This document shows positions 14,686 to 27,738 of a stretch of 64,000 nt of DNA, in pieces. The position numbers and the translations under genes were made by a program. Numbering within the stretch: the stretch's first letter is position 1; each line of letters starts with the position of its first letter. Origin of the DNA: Eledone cirrhosa (taxonomy: Eukaryota); NCBI GenBank assembly GCA_964016885.1, contig OZ024745.1:98208001-98272000 (forward strand), given 5' to 3'. The notes under the pieces are model-generated. The model had not been told where the DNA came from and ran no database searches. It worked only from the letters and a program-made list of their open reading frames with translations.

Positions 14686-15646
14686 ACAGATAAATCCACC
14701 AATTAATGGTAGGGTCCAAGCCGTATGAAGAACTCAATGTAATCCGTATAGAGAAGATGTTGTGAAGCAAAGTTTAAAATACAAAATTTCAACGATATTA
14801 TTCATTGGAAGCAGAGTCAAAATAATACAAATAGTGAAAATAATGAAATTAAACAAAATACGGGTAATTCATAGTAAAACTCATTATTTTACGATCGTTT
14901 CTGGGGTGTGTGTGTGGGGGGGGGGGGGGGGTTAGTACTCCGTATGTTCATTCTATTAGTGATCAAAGTAAGAAAATATACATACGTCTTCTCTACCCGC
15001 CGTCTTCAGAAATAATTGTTTCTACTTTTTTGGCACAAGGCCAGCAATTACTCGGTGTATTACTGGTACTTTATTTTATCGACCCCATAAGGATGAAAGG
15101 CAAAGTTAACCTCGGCGGGATTTGAACTCAGAATGGCAAGGGCCAGTATAAACCAGTATGTGTTATATCCAGTAGAATAGTATAGAACATACTATTAACA
15201 CACTGATATCTGCACCCCTTTTCCTCCAGCTTTAATCTTCCTTGACCGTCCACACATTTCTGAAATTTCTATACAATCTGTCTAAATTCCTTTACACTCG
15301 CAACTTTCTTTTCTTAAAGATCATTCGATACCTCGTCCCCTGACTGCTAATTTATTCATCTACTACTACCAGCTTAATGATCTTTATTGGCCCTTCCTAT
15401 TTTTACTATTGGTCAATCTCAACCTTGTTCTTAAAAGGTTACTTATTCATACATGTTTTTATATTCTTCAATAAACAAAACTCATTATTTCTGAAGATGG
15501 CGTGTAGGGAAGACGTATATATATTTTCTTACTTTGATAATTTGTAATATATTTTACATAGATCACTAATAGAATGAACATCGTAAAATAATGAGTTTTA
15601 CTATGAATTACCCGTATTTTGTTTAATTTCATTGTTTCACTATTTG

Positions 15647-15652
<6 letters not shown>
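14686..15652. mobile_element. Fold-back element with a hammerhead-like fold (15477-15599) and a nested SINE
   Basis: Inverted repeat 14821-15016/15484-15652. A 14-bp stem I (aaaactcattattt/aaataatgagtttt) closes CTGAAGA...GAAC-atc-GTA. Confidence 0.65.
15018..15150 (-). mobile_element. tRNA-derived SINE of the most abundant family; further copies at ~20185-20398 (-), 24043-24232 (+), 25011-25185 (+), 36475-36650 (-), 45294-45480 (+), 61800-61985 (-), 62465-62675 (-)
   Basis: Conserved gagttcaaatcccgccgaggt.aactttgcctttcatcctt.cggggtcgataaaataaagtaccag. Confidence 0.85.
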
Positions 15653-15680
<28 letters not shown>

Positions 15681-15944
15681 GAATAAACGAGTATCGAAAA
15701 ATCGGCGCACGAGTTCACGATAAACAAAATTCGAAATGAGCGGCAGAGGGCTCAATAATTCAGATAAATCAGAGCTATAACTATCGTTAAAATACCGTCA
15801 CACATAGAACAAGTCTATAATCAACCATACGACCGAAAAAATATATATATATTGGAAAATGTGTGAAATCCTTGGTACATTTGAAAAAAGGAACAGAATG
15901 ACTTCACTTGTAGTTCTAAACAATTTGATTTAATTTTATAATAT

Positions 15945-15988
15945 TACTAGACTACTCGTGACCCGTCGGGTCACGAGTAGTCTAGTAC
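15945..15988. repeat. Perfect hairpin with 21-bp arms at the left edge of the MITE array
   Basis: tactagactactcgtgacccg-t-cgggtcacgagtagtctagta. Confidence 0.9.
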
Positions 15989-16558
15989 AGGTAATCAAAG
16001 TGTGTATACATTTTTCGGGGACACCATATATATATATATATATATATATACCGGTGTCCCTAAAAATGTATACACCATTCTAATATATATATTGCCTGTA
16101 CAGGTAATCAAAGTGCGTATACATTTTTCGGGGACACCATATATATATATATATATATATATATACCGGTGTCCCTAAAAATGTATACACCATTCTAATA
16201 TATATATTGCCTGTACAGGTAATCAAAGTGTGTATACATTTTTCGGGGAAACAATATATATATATACCTGGGTCCTGAAAAATGTATACACCATTCTAAT
16301 ATATATATTGGTTGTACAGGTAATCAAAGTGTGTATACATTTTTCCGGGACACCATATATATATATATATACCGGTGTCCCTAAAAATGTATACACCATT
16401 CTAATATATATATATTGCCTGTATAGGTAATCAAAGTGTGTATACATTTTTCGGGGACACCATATATATATACCGGGGTCCCTAAAAATGTATACACCAT
16501 TCTAATATATATATTGCCTGTACAGGTAATCAAAGTGTGTATACATTTTTCGGGGACA

Positions 16559-16619
<61 letters not shown>

Positions 16620-17127
16620 GGGGTCCCTAAAAATGTATACACCATTCTAATATATATATTGCCTGTACAGATAATAAAAGTGTGTATACATTTTTCGGGG
16701 ACACCATATATATATATCGGGGTCCCTAAAAATGTATACACCATTCTAATATATATATTGCCTGTCCAGGTAATCAAAGTGTGTATACATTTTTCGGGGA
16801 CACCATATATATATATACCGGGGTCCCTAAAAATGTATACACCATTCTAATATATATATTGCCTGTACAGGTAATCAAAGTGTGTATACATTTTTCGGGG
16901 ACACCATATATATATATATATATATATATATACCGGGGTCCCTAAAAATGTATACACCATTCTAATATATATATTGCCTGTACAGATAATAAAAGTGTGT
17001 ATACATTTTTCGGGGACACCATATATATATATATATATATCGGGGTCCCTAAAAATGTATACACCATTCTAATATATATATTGCCTGTACAGGTAATCAA
17101 AGTGTGTATACATTTTTCGGGGACACC

Positions 17128-17158
<31 letters not shown>

Positions 17159-17244
17159 CTGGTGTCCCTAAAAATGTATACACCATTCTAATATATATAT
17201 TGCCTGTACAGATAATAAAAGTGTGTATACATTTTTCGGGGACA

Positions 17245-17283
<39 letters not shown>

Positions 17284-17583
17284 GGGGTCCCTAAAAATGT
17301 ATACACCATTCTAATATATATATTGCCTGTACAGATAATAAAAGTGTGTATACATTTTTCGGGGACACCATATATATATATATCGGGGTCCCTAAAAAGG
17401 TATACACCATTCTAATATATATATTGCCTGTACAGGTAATCAAAGTATGTATACATTTTTCGGGGACACCATATATATATATATATATATATATATACCG
17501 GGGTCCCTAAAAATGTATACACCATTCTAATATATATATTGCCTGTACAGGTAATCAAAGTGTGTATACATTTTTCGGGGACA

Positions 17584-17622
<39 letters not shown>

Positions 17623-17821
17623 GGGGTCCCTAAAAATATATACACCATTCTAATATATATATTGCCTGTACAGGTAATCAAATTGTGTATACATTTTTCG
17701 GGGACACTATATATATATATATAATAATACCGGGGTCCCTAAAAATGTATACACCATCCTAACAAATAATGCATGTATAGGCAATCAAAGTGGGTATACA
17801 TTTTTGGGGGGACAACCTGTA
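15986..17821. repeat. Tandem array of ~17 Tc1/mariner-type MITE units separated by variable (TA)n
   Basis: Unit ccggggtccctaaaaatgtatacac-cattctaatatatatattgcctgtacaggtaatcaaagt-gtgtatacatttttcggggacacca has imperfect terminal inverted repeats; a solo relative lies at 18635-18710. Confidence 0.85.
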
Positions 17822-17861
17822 TATACACAAATATGAACATATATAGAGAGAGAAAGTGTGT

Positions 17862-17913
<52 letters not shown>

Positions 17914-18032
17914 CCAATCAAGATCAGAGTTTTAGTAGTATATAGATAATATTATGAGCTACCAACTTATAATATTATAAAATTAAATCAAATTGTTTAG
18001 AACTACAAGTGAAGTCATTCTTTTCCTTTTTT

Positions 18033-18122
<90 letters not shown>

Positions 18123-18508
18123 AAGAAAGAGAGAGATCGTCATATTAATCGGTAATGCTAAGTAGGTATATAGCGACTTACATAGTTGTATGAAAGGCCA
18201 CTACTGAGCTTGAGAAATAAAATGGTTGCAACTATGCAACTATGCCGCACTCATAACTCTGACATCTTACTTAGTTCGTACTCCATGATATCTTTACTCG
18301 ACACATGCCATGAAGTGATAGAACCTTTCACAAATTAGTTATAATACGAGTAGAGAAATAATGGAGATAAAGTGAAAGTCAAAACCGGATATATCCTTGA
18401 CGCCATTTTGTTTGTTTTTCTTGTTTTAAGAATGTTGTTATGGAACACTAAAAGCATTCATTGCAACCACACGTATGTTTAGTATATGTTTAGTGTGTTA
18501 GGTATGCA

Positions 18509-18552
<44 letters not shown>

Positions 18553-18570
18553 TATGTGCATATCTAAGTG

Positions 18571-18619
<49 letters not shown>

Positions 18620-18634
18620 ATATACATACATGTA

Positions 18635-18708
18635 CAGGGTGTCCCCAAAACATGTATACACACTTCAGCAGCATGCTAATCAAAGCGTGTATACACTTTT
18701 GGGACAGC

Positions 18709-18710
<2 letters not shown>
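18635..18710. mobile_element. Solo Tc1/mariner-type MITE with TA target duplication
   Basis: TA-cagggtgtccccaaaacatgtatacac...gtgtatacacttttgggacagcctg-TA. Confidence 0.8.
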
Positions 18711-18774
<64 letters not shown>

Positions 18775-18863
18775 TCTCAGGTTCAATCGGGGGTAAACCA
18801 CAGTAAGTAAGGTACTTAAGATACTAGTAGAGTGTATACAACAAATTTCTATATTAAATTCGT

Positions 18864-18959
<96 letters not shown>

Positions 18960-18968
18960 TGTGTGTGT

Positions 18969-18999
<31 letters not shown>

Positions 19000-19341
19000 A
19001 TTGTGTGTGTGTGTGTGTGTGATTGTGTGAGTAAACGGAAGCAACAAAGCAAGCAGTACATTGCAAGGAAGAAATATATTAGATTAACGCTTGATATGGC
19101 AGGGGAAATGTCATGCCGTTTCAGACACTAGTCATTCACCAGAAGATAGAATGAGAAATAAAAGATGAAATAGAAAAATAGAGAGAGAGAGAATAGGAAG
19201 GAAAAGAAACAAAAATTGGAGAAAAAGCACGTGTATGATCATTCAGCCATTTTGGGGGAACTGCTGGTCAGTGGGTATTTTAGATATTGGTACGGTTTTG
19301 TAAGAGAGATAATCCTTGTATATTTTGAGTAGATATGTATG

Positions 19342-19530
19342 TGGAGGCTGAGTGGTTCACAATCGTGAGGTTGTGAATTCGATTCGCGGACCGGGCGATG
19401 CGTTATGTCCTTGAGCAAGACACGTTGCTCCTTCTACCTGGAGTTGCGACCGATAGATAGTATTAGCAATTGGAAAGACCAATGAAAACGTTGTTTCCTC
19501 GGTCCGATTTGATGAAAGTCGATCGTTCCT
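19342..19530 (+). mobile_element. tRNA-derived CORE-like SINE; a more complete inverted relative lies at ~44985-45202
   Basis: ggctgagtggtt..gaattcgattc..gtccttgagcaagacac plus the shared tail ctacctggagttgcgaccgatagatagtattagcaatt. Confidence 0.75.
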
Positions 19531-21514
19531 TATGTATGTGTGTGCGCGCGTTTGTATGTGTGTGCGCGTGTGTCTCTATGTGTGTGTGTGTGAGAGAGAG
19601 AGAGAGTGTGTGTGCATGTATGTGTGTGTTGGTTTGTTGGTTTGTCTGTGCCAAGCAGTGAATGGATGTGTGTTAGATCATAACAGAGATGGCTGCTGTC
19701 AGTATGTAAAAGTATGTGTGTGTACTTATTTTATCTATTTCTTTTTTGTTGAACCGAGGCACAAACACAAGTGTAAATATAGATACAGATACGCAACACG
19801 CACACATGTTTACACACACACATACACAGACATACACATACACACACAAACACACGCACACACGCGCACACAGCGCGAAGTGTAAAGGGGAAGGGGTCTA
19901 ACTCTACCCCCTTGACTGGGTGATACAATTCAGCACCATTCGTCGATGAAGATGGTGGAAGTATTGCTATGGCGAATAGCCAGCGATACCCATTGCATCG
20001 TTCATTCTACCTCAAGTATCCCATTCTTCAAGTAGGATGCACTCCTCTTGATTTTACTGGGAAAAACGGCAATCCAGTGACTGGAGATACTGGAGGTCTC
20101 CATGGCAACCGACACAAAAGGAAGCGACTGGTCAATTCCCAATATTTTATTATTTTCTACATCTCTTAACAGATATTGGCTTTTGGTTTAGGCACAAGGC
20201 CAACAATTTGAAGAAAAAGGGGAAGTCAGTTAAATCGACACCAGTGCGTTACTGGTACTTTATTTCATTAACTCCTCAAGGATGAAAAATAAAGCTAACC
20301 TCGACACGGTTTGAACTCAGAACATAAAGGAACGTAACTATATGCTACAAAGACTATTGCCCGAGGCTCTATCAATTACTGCCAATCCACCGCCCTTAAC
20401 AGATATTAGTATTTATATATGATGTCTTGCCGAAATCAATTCTGCCTTCCAAGGTCGATTAATAAAGTACCATATAAATACTTCGAGTGGATTCAATCGA
20501 TTATATCTTTCGCCCCAAATTTACGATTATGTATCAATATTATACGTCAATATTTATGCTCACTTTCGATGCCTAGTTGATACCCAAGTTTATAGTTTAT
20601 GGCATCGAATATAAGGGAAAAGTATTTTTCTTCTATCCACTCAACCAATAAATTTTGTGAGTGCTGAAATTAGGAATAATTATTTCTTTTATTACCTACA
20701 GTTTGACAGCACATAACTGCCAAGTTTTGATTGTTAATAAATAATATATTACTGAAATCTATTTGATATTGTTTTATGAGATGGCGACTGGAGGGTTTAA
20801 TATTTTACGCGATGGGCTACACTAAATTAATATTGACACAGAGTAAACTCCGGCATTTGATGAAAATGGCGACCGTCTGCTCCCTATACTATACGTTTTC
20901 ACGTTGAAATAAGAAATCTAGCTTAATATGAAATAATTACATGCATAAATTCATATTTGGGGACAGTTTAATGGCTGTCTTCTTGTCACAGACCTTTCAT
21001 TCCGTATCACTATCACATTCAAATAGATTATATTGCATACTACTGGCCTGTCCGGCTGGCGCCCGGCTAGGTATACCGGCATTTTATCTTTTCAGAAATC
21101 CCCCTCCACTCCAGTGCAAAGATACCGCACGCCCTCTCAAGTCAGCGAGGGTGGGGTGGGGGTTAACGTGCTCTGATGTTGGGTTTGAAAAGTTTTTAGG
21201 ATTCGCCAGTTCAGCAGCCAGTACGTTAAAGAAAATATATAGTTACAACAATAAAGGCTGAACAGAAAACACATTTTTTAAGAAACTTTACAATAATTTG
21301 TACAACCATAATGGAAATTCCAAGTAACAGAAAATACATAAATTACATTGTTAGAGCCTCAGAGTATACAATATTTTTCGTTCGCCAAAAGATGAAGATA
21401 GAAATGTTAATAAATACATTTGGCTTGGGTAAACTTTAAGATGTTCTTTCATTGTAGTTTTCTTTTCTTCTTCTCTCCTTCCTCTCCTCTCCCTTTTTTT
21501 AATCTCCCCCGCCC

Positions 21515-21547
<33 letters not shown>

Positions 21548-21831
21548 CGGCAAGGTTTACCGGCATTTTATCTTTTCAGGAATCGCCCTCCACTCCAGTG
21601 CAAAGATACCGCACGCCCTCTCAAGTCAGCGATGGTGGAGGGGGGGGGGTGTTAACGTACTTTGATGTTGGGTTTGAATAGTTTTTAGGATTCCCCATTT
21701 CAGCAGCCAGTACGTTAAAGAAAATTGATAGTTACAACAATAAAGGTTGAACAGAGAATACATTTTTTAACAAACTTTACAATAATTTGTACAACCATAA
21801 TGGAAATTCTAAGTAACAGAAAATACATACA

Positions 21832-22107
21832 TTACATTGTTAGAGCCTCAGAGTATACAATATTTTTTGTTCGGCCCTCGGGAGCAAAGATGAAGAGATT
21901 GTTTGGCGAGTTCACCCTAGAGCATCCTACATACAATTGACCATGGGAGAAGTATGGTTTTCCCAGATGAAGGCCAGGCACTTTTATGGTTTGACCCTAA
22001 GCTTTGTTGATGGAAATCGTGAAGCTTAGTCTCTCTGTTGCTGTAGTAACATTTTTTCTTCTGGAAAACCTGATCTTGCGGCCAATCTGGGATTCTTTGG
22101 GTGGCAT
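21832..22107 (-). pseudogene. Helitron RepHel remnant: putative N-terminus fused in frame to the PIF1-helicase C-terminus
   Basis: Hand translation: MPPKESQIGRKIRFSRRKNVTTATE|RLSFTISINKA*GQTIKVPGLHLGKPYFSHGQLYVGCSRVNSPNNLFIFAPEGRTKNIVYSEALTM*. Not in the ORF track. Confidence 0.85.
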
Positions 22108-22210
22108 ATCGGCATTAACAATGACAATAAGTCGTCTGTGCTTTCGTGAAATAAATACGTTTGTTTATATTTTGTTTTTGTGTATGCAAAAATATCTGTA
22201 CACCAATATA

Positions 22211-22263
<53 letters not shown>

Positions 22264-22270
<7 letters not shown>

Positions 22271-22884
22271 TGACAGATTAAAGTTTAAGCAAAGAATCGC
22301 TGCTTTCACCCTTAACGGAATCTTCTGAAACTAAAAAAAAAATCAGTCTGTGAACGCAGAATTAACTATTTCAAAAAACGTTGCAACCGAAGGAAAACAG
22401 GAAGACGATACTTTCGTTCGTGAAGACGTTCCCTGGCAATGAACGGAAAAAAGCGAAGATAATACGTCAGCAATGAGAACAATATTTGCTCTAGGGTTCT
22501 TATATATTTGATATCATCATCATCACTCGTCGACTACTGTCGAGATGATGGATCTCACTCTCATGCCCCAGAATCCCCCGTCCCCCATCGCTGCCCCCAG
22601 GTCCCGCCCGCTGATTCCCACATCTCTAGAGATAACGTCAGGGAATGACAGCTTCCTACTCCTAGTCAGGCTGGAGTCAGGGCCCCAGAGCAAGAGAGCG
22701 GATATGACCTCACCGCTGGCACGGTGACAGTGGCCAGCAAACCGAGCCCTCCGGGACCCCAGAAGGGCAGAGGCTCGAGGGAGCCCGCCACAGATCCCAG
22801 ACAAGGTGGGATGTCGCCTCCAGGACAGGTCCTGCACTCCTACCAAGAGGCCTCTCTTTGGATTTTAGTCTTCACATTTATTAC

Positions 22885-22890
<6 letters not shown>
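22264..22890. mobile_element. PLE B-family remnant (inverted 3' end plus tail) interrupted by an RTEX fragment
   Basis: 22264-22468 matches 2395-2598; 22481-22514 and 22853-22890 match the tail at 5602-5693. Confidence 0.85.
22515..22850 (-). mobile_element. 5'-truncated RTE/RTEX-type LINE 3' end with a (TGA)n tail, strongly depleted in A
   Basis: SWRRHPT..RRARFAGHCHRA..ISALLLW..RKLSFPDVISRD..DL..AM.D..FW; stop codon followed by tgatgatgat. Confidence 0.85.
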
Positions 22891-22949
<59 letters not shown>

Positions 22950-25262
22950 TTATTGAGAGGCCGTGCGGTATCTTTGCACTGAATTAATTAAAAGTTGGTT
23001 AGAAGCGAAGTCAATGCAGACAGGCAGCCAGACAGGCAGATATTATAAGCATGCGACGTTATAGCTATGTATCTAATGCAGACAGCCAGACATACATAGA
23101 CATATTATAACTATGTATATAGTTATGTATCTATCTTATAGCTATGTATCTATCTTAAAAGTCAGACTAAGAACGAGAGAGGAATGTCGTATAACTGGAA
23201 GTGTTGACATTTGAAAATTTTAAAGAAGTGAATATTTAAATAAACGATAAAATATCTTTAATCTTTTAACGAAATTTAGAAGACAAAAATACCCTCACTT
23301 TCTTACTTGGAAAAAGTTACATCTTTGGTGCAAATTTGGTGCTTTTTGGTCCAGCCGTTTGGCGAAAAGCTTGTTACATACATACGGCCGTCAGCTTTAT
23401 AATATAGATTTATACCGTAACGTCACGAAATGTTTGTTTTATGCACTTTCTGTAATAACTGAATTTCACGTTAGATATCATCTTAGGTAAATGCTTCATA
23501 AATATGCAACCGCAGTATTTTTACTTATCGTATTTTATTCTGTTTAACAATACCATAATTCCACTTGGTATTTGAAAAGATGCAATCACAGAATGTATTC
23601 TACTCATCGTATCCACAATTAGAAGACATTTTCTTGTTACAAATGAAATTAGAGAGATAACACATCAATGAGAAATATTTTGTCGTATTCAGACAATACC
23701 ATTTCCTCATATAAATTAATTATTGTCTGATAATGTGTTGTTGTTTTTTTTATTGTTTTTCTTTTTCTGTTGTCAGCTGTCTAGTCTCTCATTATTGGAG
23801 TTACCGCCCCTTTATGCTATTATCATGTGTAATGAGGTTTTATTTATATATTTTATTTTCATAATCTTTATCTTTTGATGTTACAATTATGTCTGATCAA
23901 AACAAGGAATAGCAGAATCGGTAGAGCGATGGACAAAATGCCTTTCATTTATTTAAGCTGTGTTCAAATCATCTTGGGGTCAATTTAATCGACCATATAA
24001 ATTTACAGCTGTGTGTCTAGGTTAGAAATCAATATAAATAAGAGAATCGGTAGAGCACAGGATAATATGCTTTGCGGCATATAGTTGCGGCCCTTTATGT
24101 TCTGAGTTCAAAATCCCACCGAGGTTAACTTTGCCTTTCGTCCTTACGGAGTCGATAAAATAAAGTACCAGTAAAGCACTGGGGTCGATTTACTCGACTT
24201 GCCCCTCCCCAAAATTGTTCACCTTGTGCCTAAATCTTTTCTTCTTCTTCTTCTTCTTCTTCTTCTTCTTCTTCTTCTTCTTCTGTTGATATAACAACTA
24301 AATGCTGATCGTCGAAACCAACGGAAGTCCATTCCATGTCTCTGACTTATTTCATAAAGTATCCATGAACATTTCCTCCATTTTATCAAGTATTTCAAAA
24401 GTACATTATTTTGACATGCGACTATACAGTGACCCAAATTTTAGGAACCGCCGATTTTGAACAAGACACAGTACTTATTCTCATAGACTTAATTAATGTA
24501 TTTGTTATATGAAATATCACAGGATTTTTGTCGCTTACTTATTGTTAAATTTGCAACAGTAGTAGATAAATATTGGACAACTGTATAGATTGCATGCAGT
24601 CTAATTAGAGAAATTATACTCCTTACTATACCGAACCTGAATAAGCTTCAAGAAAATCCGCATCGCAATAGTTTGTATTTTATTATTTTGCTTTTTTTTT
24701 AAAGATTTTCAATCCTAATTTAGTTTAGAGTATGATAAAATATGTTTTCTTATACTTAATTAATTGCTCTATACAACTGAGTCTGGTAAGGCTGCAATCT
24801 AGTTAACGTTGAACATTCTTAGTAGGAATACTTCTATGTTGTTTATTGGGTAGGTCATATATGACGTCAGTAGGCCGGAAGATAAACCGAGGATGTAACA
24901 TCCGATTTAGCAGGATGATGCAGAGTGAAAAATGAGAGCGGAGGAGTTCTATGAGATTTTTGGCTTGATGCTAATAGTGGAAACTATAAGAACAGCTTTT
25001 ATTATTTTACTGGCGGTGGATTGACAGTATCGGTAGAGGGTCGGACGCCATGCTTTCCAGCATAGTTACGTCCCTTTACGATCTGAGTTCAAATCCCGCC
25101 GAGGTTGACTTTGCCTTTCATCCTTACGGGGTCGATAAAATAAAGTACCAGTAATGCACTGGGTAATTGCTGGCCTTGTGCAAAAACATTATTTTACTGA
25201 CTTCAGTCATTAGACTGCGGCCACGCTACAGCACCACCATAGCTTTTTCTTGCGGTGTTGGG

Positions 25263-25850
25263 AGTGGTGGTGGTGGTGGTGGTGGTGGTAGTGGTGGAGA
25301 AATGGAGGCAGAGGGTGATGTTGATAAGAATACTAATGAGAATAGGTTTTTGTTGTTGTTGCTGATGATAGTGGTGATACGGAGGAAGAAGAGGGGGGGG
25401 GGTGATGGTGGTAGTGGTGTTGGTGGCGTTGGTGGTAGTGGCGGTGGCGACGGCGACGGCGGTAGTGACGATGGTGGCTATGGCGGTGCGCTGATGGCAG
25501 CGACAGTGGTGTTGGCGGCGGTGATGATGGTGGTGGTGGTGTTGGTGGTGGTGGCGGTAGTGCTGGTGGCGACGATGGTGGTGATGGTGGCGGCGGTGGT
25601 GGTGGTGGTGATGGTGTCGACAGTGGTGGTGGTGGTGGTGGTGGCGGCTGCGGCGTTGGTGGCGGTGGTGGTGGTGGCGACGGTGGTGGCGACGATGATG
25701 GCGACGATGGTGGTGGTGGCGGTGGTGCTGGTGGTGGCGGCGGTGGTGGTAGTGACGGTGGTAGTGTCGACGGTGGTGGTGTTGGCGGTGATGATGGTGG
25801 TGATGGTGGTGACGATGGTGGTGGTGGAGGGAGTGGTGGTGACGCTGGCG
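25263..25850. repeat. Degenerate (GGT)n microsatellite
   Basis: Direct reading. Confidence 0.9.
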
Positions 25851-26261
25851 TTATTGATGAAACAGCCGATTTACATTGTCAATTTTGCCTGATGTGATTT
25901 GGAAAGAATTGAAGAGAAGAAGGTTTAAGCGTATAATTTTTAATAAGAGAAGCTCTCATATGCTGATAAATGTGACTTGCCCGAAATACCAATGTCGTCT
26001 GATCATTGACCTAATCTGACACTAGTTCAACTGTCAATATCATGTCAGAGCTGAGAAATAAATTGTGTAAGATGTAATTAATGAAATTAATCAAAACCAA
26101 TTAACTTTGCCGTGTTAGTTAAGCGTAGAACATTCCTACTTCCTCACACCATTTTACAGTCATATAAGTTCTAGACATCGTAATACTTACGATCCGGTCT
26201 GAATTTCCGGCTAAAGTCATTTCCATTCAATTAAGCAGCTAATACGTTTGGAAGAGACGTA

Positions 26262-26620
26262 TAGGCAAGTATAGCTAAGTGGTTAAAACGTTTACTTCGC
26301 AATCACGACACGCTGGATTCGATCCCACTGCATGACATCTTAGGCAATAGTCTTTACCCAAGCCTTGAGTCAACCCAAACCTTATGAGTGAACATAGACA
26401 GACGTGCGTGGAAGGCCATCAGGTAGATTAGTACATTTCATTTAAAAGCCTAGATTTGTCATTCATCGTGCCACGCTGGTTCTGCCTGAACTATAGGTGA
26501 AAGGTACAAATGTCTATGGAATACTCAACCACCTACTTAGGATATTTCAAGTGTCGGACGTTAAGTTGATCTAATTACTGATTGGTCATCGTCGGAACAG
26601 ACGGAGGATCCATCATCATA
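26262..26620 (+). mobile_element. Old tRNA-derived SINE
   Basis: tagctaagtggttaa A-box, ggattcgatccc B-box, degenerate cttaggcaa block. Confidence 0.55.
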
Positions 26621-26744
26621 TGCAAGCCTTTATTAACTATTTAATTATATAGCCACGTGAACAAAGTACAGCTTGTTTTCTAGGACCAGATTTACGTCGA
26701 AACAAATGTTACATTATACAATTTTTTTAATTTGTATTACTCAA

Positions 26745-27325
26745 TAATAGTTTCTGATTTAGGCACAAGGCCAGCAATTACCCAGTGCATTACTGGTACT
26801 TTATTTTATCGTAAAGGGACGTAACTATGCTGGAAAGCATAGCGTCCGACCCTCCACCGATACTGCCAACCCACAGCCCTTTGTATTACTCAATAATAGT
26901 TTCTGATTTAGACACAAGGCCAGCAATTTTGAGGGAAGGGAAAATCGATTAAATCGACCCCAGTGCGTGACTGTTACTGTATTTTATCGACCCCGAAAGG
27001 ATGAAAGGCAAAGCTAACCTTGACGGGATTTGAACTCAGAACGTAAAGGCCCGTAACTATAAGCCACGAAGCAGGGTGTCCGACGCTCTACCGATATTGC
27101 CAATCCAACGTCCTTTATACTCAATAAAGATTTCTACTTTAGGCACAAAGCCAGCAATTTTTGGTCAGGGGAAAGTCGATTAAATCGACCCCAGTGCGTG
27201 ACTGTTACTGTATTTTATCGACCCCGTAAGGATGAAAGGCAAAGCTAACCTCGGCAAAGGGCCGTAGCTATATGCCGCGAAGCAGGGTGTCCGACCCTCT
27301 ACCGATACTGCCAATCCACCGCCCT
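26745..27325 (-). mobile_element. Three tandem SINE copies with differing internal deletions
   Basis: ctcaata..tttct..tttaggcacaaggccagcaatt...ccgac.ctctaccgatactgccaa repeated three times. Confidence 0.85.
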
Positions 27326-27597
27326 TGTGTTAGTCAATAATAAAAATTGTTGCAAATTGGTATTTTCCATGTTGCACTATACACAAATCAATAATTTGTT
27401 TAAACTACTTGCTACTATTCAGTTTTAAATAAATCATATTAAATATACATGTAGCCTGGGAGGATGTCTTTTGAAAAAATATAAACTCAATTTTTTAATA
27501 TTTCGAATTCAGCAAATTTTTCATCTTAATATCAGTTGGAGAATAAAATGATCAAGTGAACATATTTGATGAGCTGTGTCATCGATTTTAACCCGCT

Positions 27598-27738
27598 CCT
27601 ATACGTTAGCCCTACATATATACGTTAGCCCTACATACAAACGTTAGCGCCTACATATATATGTTGACCCCTACATATATATGTTGACCCGTACGTATAA
27701 ACGTTAGTCCTACATACACGTAAGTCCTACTTATATAT
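27598..27738. repeat. Minisatellite, ~20-bp unit, 6-7 copies
   Basis: tatacgttagccctacata variants. Confidence 0.8.

Larger units (their letters stand above)
21043..23408 (-). mobile_element. Internally deleted Helitron with a duplicated 3' segment and nested insertions
   Basis: 5' A|TCTATATTATAAAG at 23408; 3' GC hairpin plus CCAG|T at 21043 (degenerate CTAG); helicase remnant; direct repeat 21074-21385/21558-21875. Confidence 0.7.

Noticed and set aside
15986-17821. CRISPR-like repeat-spacer appearance
   Set aside because: Spacers are pure (TA)n, units are ~88-bp MITEs, there are no cas genes and the context is eukaryotic.
19881-20114. Possible solo LTR (TGT..ACA)
   Set aside because: No target-site duplication and no second copy in the window.
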